Numbered from the stretch's first letter, positions 38,035 to 48,467 are shown. The stretch: 64,000 bases of DNA from Paracoccaceae bacterium (GCA_028150825.1 JAOGIM010000004.1:16555-80554), one strand, 5' to 3'. Notes: generated by a model not told the origin, from the letters alone. A program made the numbers and translations.

Positions 38035-39071
38035 ATGACTGGATCGAAAGATAATGCAGTGGAAGAAAACAAATTTCTCGCAACGGCGCTGCGCGCTAAA
38101 GGTGAGTTTGTGCGCGGTGTCAGTGGCTTTCATGGCACTTTGGGTTTGGGTGATTTTCCCGCAGTGCCAGGCCGATATCATCTTTATGTTGCCCTTAATT
38201 GCCCTTGGTACCATTGAATTACCTTGGCTCAAAATATCTTTGGTTTGCAAAAGAGTATTTCAATGGATGTGGTATTTCCAAACAGAGCCCAAGAGCATAA
38301 CCCAGAAGGGCCAAACAATTGGCAATTTGCCCCAGAACGCATTGCAATGTTGACTGGCGCGCCTTTGCCTGAATGTGCGACTGAAACGGCAACTAGGCAA
38401 GCTTTTCGCTTTGTACGCAACATTCATGATGCGGAGGGCTCCAAAGAGCGTTCAGTGCCAATTTTGTACGATAGACTGTCTCGCTGGATCGTCTCTAATG
38501 AAAGTGCTGAGATTGTACGCATGTTAAACAGGTCGGCTGGCCCGCTCGGGATCCAATATTCAAATAAAATGCGTCACAATCTCTATCCTGCGGACAATAA
38601 TCTCAGAGAAGACATCAACGCTCTAAACAAGCTTATTTACATTGCCATTAATAATGGAGCGTATAAAGCTGGGTTTTCTTCAGACAAGGCGATTTACGAA
38701 ACGGCTTATCGAAAATATTTTGATGCGCTTGCCAAACTCGAGTCTCTTTTGACCGATGGGCTTCTTTTTTAACTGGTGATAAATTTACAGAAGCTGATTT
38801 AAGGCTATTTCCAACGCTTTATCGGCTTGATCCTGTCTGCTAAGTTCGGATGAAACTCAATGACGCAAAAACATTTGATTATCTTCATTTATGGCAATGG
38901 ATTTGCCGAGTTTATGAATTGCCTGGCGTACCCGAAAGCGGATCGCTTGATCACTGTCGACAGGAATATTTTGGCTGGTTCTGGAATAATGTTATTCCAC
39001 TTGGTCCAAGCCTTCCAATGCCCTACCCACAGGCCTATAAGCATCCAGATTTAGCTAAAAATGTGAAGTAA
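38035..39071 (+). pseudogene. Inactivated yqjG paralog (Xi-class GST)
   Basis: Good RBS (AGGAG). RYHLYVALNCPWYH is followed by TGA at 38215-38217, where the paralog has Arg. The same frame resumes (...SVPILYDRLSRWIVSNESAEIVRMLN...). A frameshift occurs in the T-run near 38765-38772. An in-frame TAA (38840-38842) lies inside the RLDPVC*VRMKLN segment. Confidence 0.85.
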
Positions 39072-39358
39072 GCAGTTAAATTCCGTATCTAAGCCCCCGC
39101 TCCTTAAACAGTGAGCTGGAGCAATTTAAAGGTGGAGGCTCATAGCCTTGGACATTAAAGCGTCCCGTTCTAGGGTTCTTATTTTTAGAAGGAAAGTCCT
39201 ATTTTTCCTGTCTTATAAATCTATCTTGCAATACCTATCTAAAACTTAGTATTCGGAAATGTAGCGCGCCTGATGGAAGAAACTATAAAGCATTTTAGTT
39301 AAGGCCGCCTGCGAGCTATAAGAAGTTTAATTATATAATAGCTAAAGTAAATCAAATT

Positions 39359-39396
39359 GGCGCGAAATTTCCCAAAATCGCGCCAGACTTTTTTTT
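39359..39396. terminator. Hairpin terminator between convergent units
   Basis: 7-bp GC stem GGCGCGA/TCGCGCC (39359-39365 / 39378-39384). A T8 run at 39389-39396 overlaps the stop of the minus-strand binding-protein gene. Confidence 0.5.
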
Positions 39397-40444
39397 ATCG
39401 TGCAGGCAAAGGCATCCAATCAGTCATTGCAACATCAGCATGTTGGAACTGGGGCATCTTGGCGCCCAAATCACCCATATTTTTAATACCTTGCTCACTC
39501 AAAAAAGATTGAGTGATCAGTGTTGGTGGCACTATAACGCTTGCACCAGGATCTCCTCCTGCCAGCATTATGGCAAGTGAGCGAACAGAAACTTCACCTA
39601 CAACTGCTGGATTTGTTGCGACTGTTGCAACCCAAGCGGAACCCGGCTCTAGCATTGCAGAAATATCTGCAGTTGAAACGTCGGCAGAATAAATATCAAC
39701 TTGATCTGTCAATCCCGCCTCATCCACAGCAATTTTGACGCCTTTTGCAAATTCATCGTAAGGTGCAAACATAACTGTGATGTCCGGGTTTGCCTGCAAA
39801 ACCGAACGAGCTTGGTTCGCAATACTATTTGCAATAGGGTTATCTAGAGTACCAAATACTGCAGCCTCTTCAATACCAGAATTGGCGGCTAAGGTTTCTT
39901 CCCAAGCGACATTTCTGCGATCTAGTGGGGCAATACCTGGAACATAAACATATCCCGCTTTAAAAGTATTTCCATTATCTTTAAGAGCCTGCTCAAGTGC
40001 TAGCTTGCCAAGAAGATAGTCAGATTGCTCTACCTGTGGGATTGATGTATTTTCAACGTTTACATCAAAAGCTACCACTTTGATTCCTGCTTCAACGGCT
40101 CTCTGCGCTGCGTCTTTCATAGACTCCGTCAAGCCGTGTTGAATTATAATTCCATCGACGCCAAGAGTAATTGCTTGGTCAACCATATCGGCCTGCAAGG
40201 CTGCGTCTTGTCTACTGTCAAAAACGCGCAAATCTACCCCGAGGGCTTCAGCTTGCGACTCAACACCGCCCAAATATGCCTGGAAGAAGTCACCGGTAGA
40301 TAGAAAGCGAACTAATGCAATTTTAACATCCCCTGCGTTATCGAACGGAGCGGGCATGTCAGCTGCAAAACTGGTTGTTGCCAGCCCAAAGGCTGACAGT
40401 GTAAAGCCAATTAGGCTTATTACTTTAACTTTAATTTGTTTCAT
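39395..40444 (-). CDS. Periplasmic sugar-binding protein (RbsB-like, CUT2 family)
   Basis: 349 aa with a signal peptide ending SFAADMP. Type-I PBP pattern: VALVRF...DGIIIQHG.... Confidence 0.85.
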   Translation of the reverse strand: MKQIKVKVISLIGFTLSAFGLATTSFAADMPAPFDNAGDVKIALVRFLSTGDFFQAYLGGVESQAEALGVDLRVFDSRQDAALQADMVDQAITLGVDGIIIQHGLTESMKDAAQRAVEAGIKVVAFDVNVENTSIPQVEQSDYLLGKLALEQALKDNGNTFKAGYVYVPGIAPLDRRNVAWEETLAANSGIEEAAVFGTLDNPIANSIANQARSVLQANPDITVMFAPYDEFAKGVKIAVDEAGLTDQVDIYSADVSTADISAMLEPGSAWVATVATNPAVVGEVSVRSLAIMLAGGDPGASVIVPPTLITQSFLSEQGIKNMGDLGAKMPQFQHADVAMTDWMPLPAR

Positions 40445-40475
40445 TTTTTTCTCCTTTGAAGATTGTGGTGATTAT

Positions 40476-41489
40476 TTAATGATTGCCCCCTCGGACACGG
40501 GACGATAAAGCAAAAGTGAAGATAAGAGCGACAACCAAAACAGCGCCCTTTACAAAATCTTGAGTATAATAAGGTGCATTCATCATTGTTAATCCCTGCA
40601 GTAGAATTCCAACAAACAATGCACCAATTGCAGTTCCAAAAGCATTTGGTTTAGCAGCGCCTAAAACAGCAAAACCTATAAGCGCAGCAGCCACGCTATC
40701 AAGAAGCAAATTATTGCCAGACGCAATATCTCCTCTCCCTAATCGCGCAGCTAACAAAATTCCGCCAATAGAAGCTGTTATACCAGATATCATATAAGCT
40801 AAGATCTTATACCCAAATACATTTGTTCCAGCTAATGCTGCAGCCCGCTCATTTGAACCAATAGCATACATAAGCCTCCCATGCCGGGTTTTTTCTAGAA
40901 AAACCCAAATTAAAACAGAAATGAACAAAAATATTATGACTGGTACTGGAATTAGTTTTTCTAAAAACAGATCAATCCTATGCCTGCCCAACCATAAAAA
41001 ACCTTCCGCAAAGGTACCGTCAGCAACTTGCCCCCCCGGCAATCGCATACCCGTTGAAATTGAACGACCTTCGGTTGGGATTCTTTGCAATCCTATAAGT
41101 AAAAACATCATCCCTAGAGTTGCTAGCAGATCTGGCACCCGCATTTTGACAATTAATAAACCATTCACCAGACCAACTACCGCCCCCATCAGCAAACAGG
41201 CCATCACTGCAACAAAAGCGCTCTGCTCTAATACAACCATCATGTAAGCGGAAAGCATTAATGCTGAAGTTGCAACAGAACCAATGGAGAGGTCAAAACC
41301 ATCCACGACTAACGTGCAGGTGACGCCTAAGGCTAAAATGCCCGTTATGGCAACGGATTGAAAAATAAACACAGCAGAGCGAGGTCCTGCAAAACCACTA
41401 GCAAAAAAACTAAAAAATAAGACTAATAATCCAGCAAGAAGTATGAACCCAAAACGAATGGCGAACTCTCTTAGAATGTCTTTGTTCAT
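40476..41489 (-). CDS. Sugar ABC transporter permease (RbsC-like)
   Basis: 337 aa, polytopic, with the CUT2 permease pattern. Confidence 0.85.
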   Translation of the reverse strand: MNKDILREFAIRFGFILLAGLLVLFFSFFASGFAGPRSAVFIFQSVAITGILALGVTCTLVVDGFDLSIGSVATSALMLSAYMMVVLEQSAFVAVMACLLMGAVVGLVNGLLIVKMRVPDLLATLGMMFLLIGLQRIPTEGRSISTGMRLPGGQVADGTFAEGFLWLGRHRIDLFLEKLIPVPVIIFLFISVLIWVFLEKTRHGRLMYAIGSNERAAALAGTNVFGYKILAYMISGITASIGGILLAARLGRGDIASGNNLLLDSVAAALIGFAVLGAAKPNAFGTAIGALFVGILLQGLTMMNAPYYTQDFVKGAVLVVALIFTFALSSRVRGGNH

Positions 41490-43009
41490 TGTAAACTTTC
41501 AGCCTGTTTGAGAGTGTTTGAATTTCCAGAAACTTGTGACAATAATTCTGGAAGATCTATATTTTTGTTCACATGCTCCCCGACAACCGCCTTTTCGTGC
41601 AAAACGATTATTCGATCTGCTATTTCGACCGCCTCATCGATCTCAGAAACAAATACCAATGTCGCACGGTTGTTTGAAGTGGCCCTGATATGTGTACCGA
41701 TATCACGGCGTGCTTTTATATCTACACCTTGAAAAGGTTCGTCTAGTATCAGCAACTTACAGGTTTTTAAAAGCCAGCGACCAACAATGACTTTTTGTTG
41801 ATTTCCGCCCGATAAGGTTCCAATAGAATCTTTACCGCCCTGGCAAACTATTCCCATCGTATCTATCATGTCACTGCAATCGACGCGCTGCCTTTTCTTG
41901 TCTATAAATCCAAAGTTAGAAAAAAACTTTGTAAAGGGTAAGGTCAAATTAGCCTCGATATCAAAATCGCCCACTATGGCATTATTTGCTCGATCTTTAG
42001 GGCTCATATGGACGCCGCTAGCTATTGCATTGGCAGGGCTATTAGGCTCAAAATTCAGGCCTTCTAACAGTATCTGCCCATAGGCCGGTTTTTCCAGTCC
42101 AAATAAAATTGAAGACAGCAAGCTTTTGCCGCTGCCTAGTAACCCAGTAATGACCAAAACTTCACCACGCGAAACAGTAATATCTAGGGGCTTACTATCT
42201 TTTGATAGACGTAGATCGCATAATTGCAATACTGGAGAAGACACTTCAGAAATGTCGACATTAAAATCGCTCATTTTCTTGCCTAACATTGCAGTAACTG
42301 CGCCTTCGTAGTCTAAATCCTCTCCCTCAAACTCTCCAGATATTCGGCCATCTCTCATAGCCAATATACGGTCCGCAATGGCTCTGATGTCGGACATGCG
42401 ATGAGAGATGTAAAGAATGGCGACCCCTTCACGCTTCAGCTTTTCAATCACCTCAAAAAGTCTTTTTGCTTCAATGGCAGATAATGACGAAGTGGGTTCA
42501 TCTAAAATTAAAAGCTTTGGGTTGCAAGCAACAGCGCGCGCGATCGCAATCATTTGTCGATCAGCTATGCCAAGGCGCGCGACAACGGTATCTAAATCAC
42601 CCTTAAAACCAATAGATTTTGCTATTTCTGTAGCACGTGCTTTCATTTCTGATCGTTTTAAAAGGAACTGTTTCCCGGGCTGCGCTAAACTGTCTAAAAG
42701 AAGGTTTGAAGTGACATCAAGATCTGGAATAACGCCATCATTGATTGATTGATGTACTGTTATGACCCCATATTTATACGCCTCAATTGGCGATTTAGGT
42801 TTGAAAGGTGATCCAAAAAGTTTGACATCTCCCGAGTCTGACTTCTGTACTCCACAGAGTACTTTAACCAAAGTGGATTTCCCAGCGCCGTTTGCACCCA
42901 TCAAAACGCTAACTTGGCCTGATGGCAGCTTCATGCTGATACCGCGCAGTACTTGGTTTGGCCCAAATGACTTTTTTAGATCGCTTATTTCACAAGCTAT
43001 ATCCGACAT
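41486..43009 (-). CDS. Sugar ABC transporter ATPase, duplicated ABC domains (RbsA-like)
   Basis: 507 aa. Walker A GANGAGKST, Walker B LLILDEPTSSL, second signature LSGGNQQK, second Walker B LLILDEP. Confidence 0.9.
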   Translation of the reverse strand: MSDIACEISDLKKSFGPNQVLRGISMKLPSGQVSVLMGANGAGKSTLVKVLCGVQKSDSGDVKLFGSPFKPKSPIEAYKYGVITVHQSINDGVIPDLDVTSNLLLDSLAQPGKQFLLKRSEMKARATEIAKSIGFKGDLDTVVARLGIADRQMIAIARAVACNPKLLILDEPTSSLSAIEAKRLFEVIEKLKREGVAILYISHRMSDIRAIADRILAMRDGRISGEFEGEDLDYEGAVTAMLGKKMSDFNVDISEVSSPVLQLCDLRLSKDSKPLDITVSRGEVLVITGLLGSGKSLLSSILFGLEKPAYGQILLEGLNFEPNSPANAIASGVHMSPKDRANNAIVGDFDIEANLTLPFTKFFSNFGFIDKKRQRVDCSDMIDTMGIVCQGGKDSIGTLSGGNQQKVIVGRWLLKTCKLLILDEPFQGVDIKARRDIGTHIRATSNNRATLVFVSEIDEAVEIADRIIVLHEKAVVGEHVNKNIDLPELLSQVSGNSNTLKQAESLQ

Positions 43010-43041
43010 AATGCCTCCCCAACAAAATAATCTTGGTCACC

Positions 43042-43080
43042 TTTTTATCAAATGTCAAGAATATTGACATTTGATAAAAA
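43042..43080. promoter_or_regulatory. Perfect 17-bp inverted repeat operator in the divergent promoter
   Basis: TTTTTATCAAATGTCAA-gaata-TTGACATTTGATAAAAA, with every one of the 17 arm positions complementary. Each arm carries a consensus -35 hexamer TTGACA facing outward. Confidence 0.7.
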
Positions 43081-43118
43081 GGGTTGAATGATTTATATTA
43101 GCTTGCAGGGAGTTTGTA

Positions 43119-44375
43119 ATGATTGATGATAAATATGAGCCTTTAACGATACAGAGTTTACCGCAGCGCTTGAAAACTATTTCTGAATTAACTGCGCTGG
43201 TGGGAACAGACACTAATTCTTGGAAAGTCGAAGAGGTTGGCGACGGAAATCTAAACCTTGTATTTATTGTAAAAAGCCCTGCTGGATCTGCTATTGTAAA
43301 GCAGGCACTCCCCTATGTCCGATTAGTTGGGGATAGCTGGCCGCTGCCGCTTTATCGCGCTTATTTTGAATATCATGCACTAACGCGGCAAGCCTCAAGA
43401 GCAAAAGGCACTGTTCCCAAGATTTACTATTTTAACAATGATCAGGCCATGATCATAATGGAATACCTAGCACCTCACAAAATACTTAGAGAAAAGTTAA
43501 TTTTGGGAGAAAAAGTTGAAAACCTGACAGACACTTTAGGGGAGTTTTGCGCGAACACAGCATTTCGTGGGTCTGATTTATCGCTTGATACTGCAGAAGT
43601 CAAAAGTGACCGCGCATTATTCTCGGGCAATGTCGCAATCCCTGCTATTACGGAAGGTCTGGTCTTCTGTGACCCATATTTCGATGCTGAAATGAACAGC
43701 CATACACCAGGGCTGGAACCAGTTATCAAAATTTTACGCAACGATATAGATATGAAGTCGCGCGTGCAGCACTTTTTTAGGCTATATTCTGCGCAACAAG
43801 ACACGATGTGCCACGGTGACCTTCATTCTGGATCCATTATGTGCACTTCCTCTGAAAGCAAGGTGATTGATCCAGAGTTCGTAACATATGCACCCTTTGG
43901 ATTTGATTTGGGCATGTTATTTGCAAATTTTTTCATGGCGTTTTTCTCACAACCAGAACACCGCACCAAAGATCTAGAAACTTACCAAAGTTGGATATTA
44001 GGCGTTGTCTCAGGTACTTGGTCAAGCTTTGAGAAAGAATTTACTAAGCTTTGGAATACGGAACGTACTGGAATGTTATATCCAAAAACAATGTTTGAGA
44101 ATCAAGGCCATAGTTCTGGCAAAGCATTACAGCATTTGTTAAACGACATTTGGAGAAATAGTTTGGGATTTTGTGGAATAGAAATGCACCGTCGATGCCT
44201 ATCTCTTGCCCATAATGCAGATTTTGAACGTATCGAAGATGCAAAACGGCGCGCGCCTCTGGAGGCACGGAATTTAATGATGGGCCGAGAGCTTATCCTA
44301 AACAGCGAAAAAATCACAAACACAGCCAGTCTTTTAAAATTAGCTCACAAATTTAACAGGGAAAATTTTTTATGA
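43119..44375 (+). CDS. mtnK: 5-methylthioribose (or 5-deoxyribose) kinase
   Basis: 418 aa. [14 protein letters not shown] motif and [10 protein letters not shown] catalytic segment as in MtnK. Confidence 0.85.
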   Translation: MIDDKYEPLTIQSLPQRLKTISELTALVGTDTNSWKVEEVGDGNLNLVFIVKSPAGSAIVKQALPYVRLVGDSWPLPLYRAYFEYHALTRQASRAKGTVPKIYYFNNDQAMIIMEYLAPHKILREKLILGEKVENLTDTLGEFCANTAFRGSDLSLDTAEVKSDRALFSGNVAIPAITEGLVFCDPYFDAEMNSHTPGLEPVIKILRNDIDMKSRVQHFFRLYSAQQDTMCHGDLHSGSIMCTSSESKVIDPEFVTYAPFGFDLGMLFANFFMAFFSQPEHRTKDLETYQSWILGVVSGTWSSFEKEFTKLWNTERTGMLYPKTMFENQGHSSGKALQHLLNDIWRNSLGFCGIEMHRRCLSLAHNADFERIEDAKRRAPLEARNLMMGRELILNSEKITNTASLLKLAHKFNRENFL

Positions 44376-45472
44376 GAGTCAACGGTGTTTCCTTCAGGTC
44401 TATTTGGTACGACAAAGAAGAGAAAAGTGTAAGGATTATTGACCAACGCTGGCTTCCGTACGAGTTCCGTACAGTGCCCCTTAAAACAAGAAAAGACTTT
44501 GCAATTGCCATATCTGATATGTGGGTGCGAGGTGCACCATTAATCGGAGCCACGGCCGCATATGCGATAGCTGAAGAAATGGCGTTTGATCCTAGCAATA
44601 AAAATTTAGAGTCAGCCTGGATCCAACTGAATGAAACTAGGCCAACTGCCATAAATTTGCGCTGGGCCTTAACGCGCTGCAAAAATGCATTGGAAATTTT
44701 ACCCGAAAACGCCCGAGCAGTTGCTGCAATGAATTTGGCGCATGATATTGCTGAAGAAGATGTAGCGATGAACCAGAAAATTGGGATGTATACATTAGAC
44801 TTGATTAAAAAATTAGTGGTGAAAAAACCCAATGGCGCTCCAGTAAACATCCTTACCCACTGCAATGCAGGTTGGCTGGCAACAGTTGATTGGGGTACTG
44901 CAACCAGCGGCATGTACCAAGCCCATGATGCAGGAATACCCATTCATATATGGGTGGACGAAACCAGACCAAGAAATCAAGGTGGTCTAACAAGTTGGGA
45001 GTTAGGCAGCCATGGCATTCCCCACACCTATATAACAGACAATGCCGGGGGGCACCTTATGCAACATGGGAAAGTTGATATGGTTATTGTTGGAACGGAT
45101 AGAACCACAGCAAGTGGTGATGTTTGCAACAAGATAGGAACATATCTTAAAGCATTAGCTGCCTTTGATAATGATGTTCCATTTTATGTCGCCCTGCCAT
45201 CACCAACAATCGACTGGACAGTAACTGATGGGGTGAAAGAGATTCCAATCGAAGAGAGACCAGCGCTAGAGGTGAGCCAAATAATGGGAATTAGCCCAAA
45301 TAAAAAACTGGAAACAGTACAGATAACGCCGCTTGGAACAGAGACTGGAAACCCAGCTTTTGACGTTACTCCAAATCGTTTAATTACTGGTTTAATCACC
45401 GAACGCGGCATTGCAAAAGCATCTTCCAACGGTTTGATGAGCTTGTTTCCTGAATTTAAAGGTAAAAAATAA
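44372..45472 (+). CDS. mtnA: Methylthioribose-1-phosphate isomerase family
   Basis: 366 aa. [39 protein letters not shown] and [20 protein letters not shown] motifs. 4-nt overlap with mtnK. Confidence 0.9.
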   Translation: MRVNGVSFRSIWYDKEEKSVRIIDQRWLPYEFRTVPLKTRKDFAIAISDMWVRGAPLIGATAAYAIAEEMAFDPSNKNLESAWIQLNETRPTAINLRWALTRCKNALEILPENARAVAAMNLAHDIAEEDVAMNQKIGMYTLDLIKKLVVKKPNGAPVNILTHCNAGWLATVDWGTATSGMYQAHDAGIPIHIWVDETRPRNQGGLTSWELGSHGIPHTYITDNAGGHLMQHGKVDMVIVGTDRTTASGDVCNKIGTYLKALAAFDNDVPFYVALPSPTIDWTVTDGVKEIPIEERPALEVSQIMGISPNKKLETVQITPLGTETGNPAFDVTPNRLITGLITERGIAKASSNGLMSLFPEFKGKK

Positions 45473-47509
45473 ATGATCGAAAATAGATTTTCTGAAATTG
45501 AGGCAAAAAGTTGGCGCGCTTCTGCTGGTAGTGATGCGGCAGATCAAGAGCTAGCAGAGCGAGTCTACACCTCTCGCTTGATCGGATTTGATCGGGATTT
45601 ACTCATGCATGGGGGTGGGAATACATCCGTCAAGCTCCAACGCAAAAACCTTTTTGGCGAACAAAAAGACGTACTTCACGTTAAGGGATCCGGATGGGAT
45701 CTTGATACTATTCAAGCAGCTGGATTACCGGGTGTATGGCTGGATGCTCTGCTTAAATTAAGACAGCTTAATGCATTAAGTGATGAAGATATGGTCAATT
45801 TTCAGCGTGCAAATTTATTAGACTGCGTCTCTCCAAACCCGAGTGTAGAAACTCTTCTTCATGCGTTTTTACCTCATCGATATGTAGACCATACTCATGC
45901 TACGCCATTTTTGATTTTAGCAAACCTTCCCAATGCGGAAGCCATTTGTCACGAAATTTTTGGCAATCGGCTAGGAATTGTTCCATATATTATGCCAGGA
46001 TTTAATCTCGCAAAAAAGGCGGCAGAGGTTTATGATAGTAACCCTAAAGTTGAAGGTCTGTTGTTATTAAATCATGGCCATTTTGCTTTTGGTAACACGG
46101 CCATGGCTAGCTACAATTTAATTGTCTCTCATACCAATGAAGTTGCTGATTATTTGAAGATGACAAAACCAACATCAATTGGGGTTCGTCGGAAAATAGA
46201 AAAAAGAGATGTTCTGCCGGTTTTGCGTGGCGCAATTGCAGAGGTTCACAAAGATATAGGCATAGAAATGCCTATATTGGATGTCAGGAATTCCGCTGAC
46301 GTATTGTCGTTTTTCGAACGTCCTGATGTAGAGGCCTTAGCCAAAAGAGGAATGGCATCTCCAGACCATGTTCTGCGCACAAAAGGTCAACCTCTGATTT
46401 TAACAAAGCATGATCTGGATGGTGGCAAAGAAAATATAATTGGCAAGGTTAAAAGATTTGCGTCAGATTATCGCGATTACTTTGACAGACAGGTCCAAAA
46501 TGCCTCTGAACCTAAAAAGTTAATTTCTCCAGACCCGAAACATGCGTGGATCGAGGGGGTTGGAGTAGTTGGTTTCGGTACAAGTTCAGCGTCAGCTTCT
46601 GCTGCAGCAGACCTAGCAGAACAAAATTTACGTGTAAGATCTGTTGGGGAAGATGCAGGGGGTTTTTATCCTCTTGGTGAAAAGGACATGTTTGATTGTG
46701 AGTATTGGTCGCTGGAACAGGCTAAGCTTGGCAAAGGGGCCGCCCTTCCTTTACAAGGAAAAATTGCTCTTTTAACTGGTGGTGCAGGCGCTATCGGACT
46801 TGCTACCGCGCAAGCTTTAGCTGCCAAAGGGGCTAGTATAATGCTGGTAGATCAATCACGGGATAATCTAGAAAACGCGATAGGGATTTTAGGGCATTGG
46901 CATGGATTTTATGAAACAAATGTAACCAAGGATGGCTCTGCAAAGTTGGCTATGAATGCATGCATCGAAAAATTTGGTGGCATAGACATATTAATTTCTA
47001 ATGCAGGTTCCGCACAAGATGGTGGATTATTAGATTTACAGGATGAATCGATCAGAGCAGCATTTGAGCTAAACTTTTTTTCCCATTATAAATTCGCGAC
47101 AGAAGCCGCTCGAATAATGAACATTCAGGGGCATGGTGGACAGATACTTTTCAACATATCAAAACAGGCTGTAAACCCTGGTAAGAATATGGGTGCATAT
47201 GGAATGCCAAAAGCAACCACAATGTTTTTAATGCGCCAATTGGCTTTAGAGCTTGGATCAGTTGGAATTAGAGTGAACGGTATAAATGCAGATCGTATAA
47301 GGTCAGGTTTACTGACTGACAGCTTTATAAAAAATCGTTCAAATGCCCGTGGCGTTAGTGAAGATGTTTATATGAGTGGTAACCTGCTTCAAAAAGAAGT
47401 TGAAGCAAGCCATGTTGCGGATGCGTTTGTGGCCTTGGCATTAATGTCAAGAACTACGGGTCATGTTCTTACTGTTGACGGTGGAAATACTGCTGCAGAA
47501 TTAAGGTGA
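45473..47509 (+). CDS. Bifunctional class II aldolase/adducin-domain + short-chain dehydrogenase
   Basis: 678 aa. The N-terminal half has HGGGNTSVK and VDHTHA motifs of class II aldolases. The C-terminal half has TGGAGAIG Rossmann, NAGS and YGMPK (YxxxK) SDR motifs. Starts 1 nt after the mtnA stop. Confidence 0.85.
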   Translation: MIENRFSEIEAKSWRASAGSDAADQELAERVYTSRLIGFDRDLLMHGGGNTSVKLQRKNLFGEQKDVLHVKGSGWDLDTIQAAGLPGVWLDALLKLRQLNALSDEDMVNFQRANLLDCVSPNPSVETLLHAFLPHRYVDHTHATPFLILANLPNAEAICHEIFGNRLGIVPYIMPGFNLAKKAAEVYDSNPKVEGLLLLNHGHFAFGNTAMASYNLIVSHTNEVADYLKMTKPTSIGVRRKIEKRDVLPVLRGAIAEVHKDIGIEMPILDVRNSADVLSFFERPDVEALAKRGMASPDHVLRTKGQPLILTKHDLDGGKENIIGKVKRFASDYRDYFDRQVQNASEPKKLISPDPKHAWIEGVGVVGFGTSSASASAAADLAEQNLRVRSVGEDAGGFYPLGEKDMFDCEYWSLEQAKLGKGAALPLQGKIALLTGGAGAIGLATAQALAAKGASIMLVDQSRDNLENAIGILGHWHGFYETNVTKDGSAKLAMNACIEKFGGIDILISNAGSAQDGGLLDLQDESIRAAFELNFFSHYKFATEAARIMNIQGHGGQILFNISKQAVNPGKNMGAYGMPKATTMFLMRQLALELGSVGIRVNGINADRIRSGLLTDSFIKNRSNARGVSEDVYMSGNLLQKEVEASHVADAFVALALMSRTTGHVLTVDGGNTAAELR

Positions 47510-47513
47510 TTTA

Positions 47514-48467
47514 TTGAAAAAAAACAAATCAAAACCTTATCATGACACAAAATCAGATGTTCTGGTTACTGTATCTGAGCTTTATTACAAGGATGGGCGC
47601 ACGCAACAAGACATTGCTGAAAGATTGGGAATTTCGCGGGCCACTGTAATTAATTATTTAAAGCGAAGCCGTGATCAGGGCCTTGTTGAAATAAAAATAA
47701 AAGGTTCTGCTTATCAAGGATCAAAATTAGTTACTGAACTACGACAAAAATATTCCTTAAAAGAGGTATATATTACAAATACTGATCATAAACGAACTTC
47801 ACACGAAGCACATCTATCAACGGCAAGATTAGCGGCAAAAGCATTAGAGGGATTACTCAAGAATAGAGATATAATAGGAGTCGCATGGGGACGAACCATC
47901 CAGCTTGTATCGCAAGAAATTTCGCAGCAAGGATTTCAATCCCTAACCATTTGTCAAATAACAGGCAGTGTGATTTCTGACGATCTCATTAGTGCAGAAG
48001 CAAGTGCGATTAGGTTTGCCGAAAACCTAAACGGACGCTGTTACACTCTGCATGCTCCTGCAATCATGTCTGAAGTAGATTTAGCTCAGCGGCTTCGGCA
48101 AGAGCCAGTTGTTTATGATCAACTTGAAAGATTGAAAAAGTTAAATAAAGTTATCTTTTCTGTTGGGGGTATCGATTTAGCTGATCCAGTTAGAATTAAA
48201 ATGGCTACAGATAAAGAGCTCACCCGGTTTCGTAATCATGGGGCAAAAGCAGTTTTATGTGGGCATATATTGGATACAAATGGTGAACATATTGAGCATG
48301 ACTTTAGCAAGAGAATAATTGGAATGAGACCAAATGAAATACGTTCAGTTCCATACAGAATATGTGTGGCTTCACAGCATCATGATGCTAGTGCCGTACG
48401 GGCCGCACTCACTGGAGGTTATGCAACACATCTAGTGATAGATAAGTCTTTAGCTAGATTACTCTAA
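47514..48467 (+). CDS. SorC/DeoR-type sugar-responsive transcriptional regulator
   Basis: 317 aa. HTH segment RTQQDIAERLGISRATVINYLKRSRDQGLVEI followed by a sugar-phosphate-binding domain pattern. TTG start. Confidence 0.85.
   Translation: MKKNKSKPYHDTKSDVLVTVSELYYKDGRTQQDIAERLGISRATVINYLKRSRDQGLVEIKIKGSAYQGSKLVTELRQKYSLKEVYITNTDHKRTSHEAHLSTARLAAKALEGLLKNRDIIGVAWGRTIQLVSQEISQQGFQSLTICQITGSVISDDLISAEASAIRFAENLNGRCYTLHAPAIMSEVDLAQRLRQEPVVYDQLERLKKLNKVIFSVGGIDLADPVRIKMATDKELTRFRNHGAKAVLCGHILDTNGEHIEHDFSKRIIGMRPNEIRSVPYRICVASQHHDASAVRAALTGGYATHLVIDKSLARLL

Noticed and set aside
38215-38217. TGA right after the CPW motif of the second yqjG copy, considered as a possible selenocysteine codon
   Set aside because: It aligns with Arg (not Cys) of the intact paralog, and the catalytic Cys is still encoded. 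No convincing hairpin follows. The gene carries a further frameshift and a TAA, so it is a pseudogene.
44353-44943. 196-aa minus-strand ORF
   Set aside because: It is antisense to the well-supported mtnA gene.
43119-45472. Reading mtnK-mtnA as the canonical methionine salvage pathway
   Set aside because: No mtnB, mtnC/mtnW or mtnD homologs are in the locus and an aldolase follows instead. An aldolase-based shunt fits better, although salvage genes elsewhere in the genome cannot be excluded.
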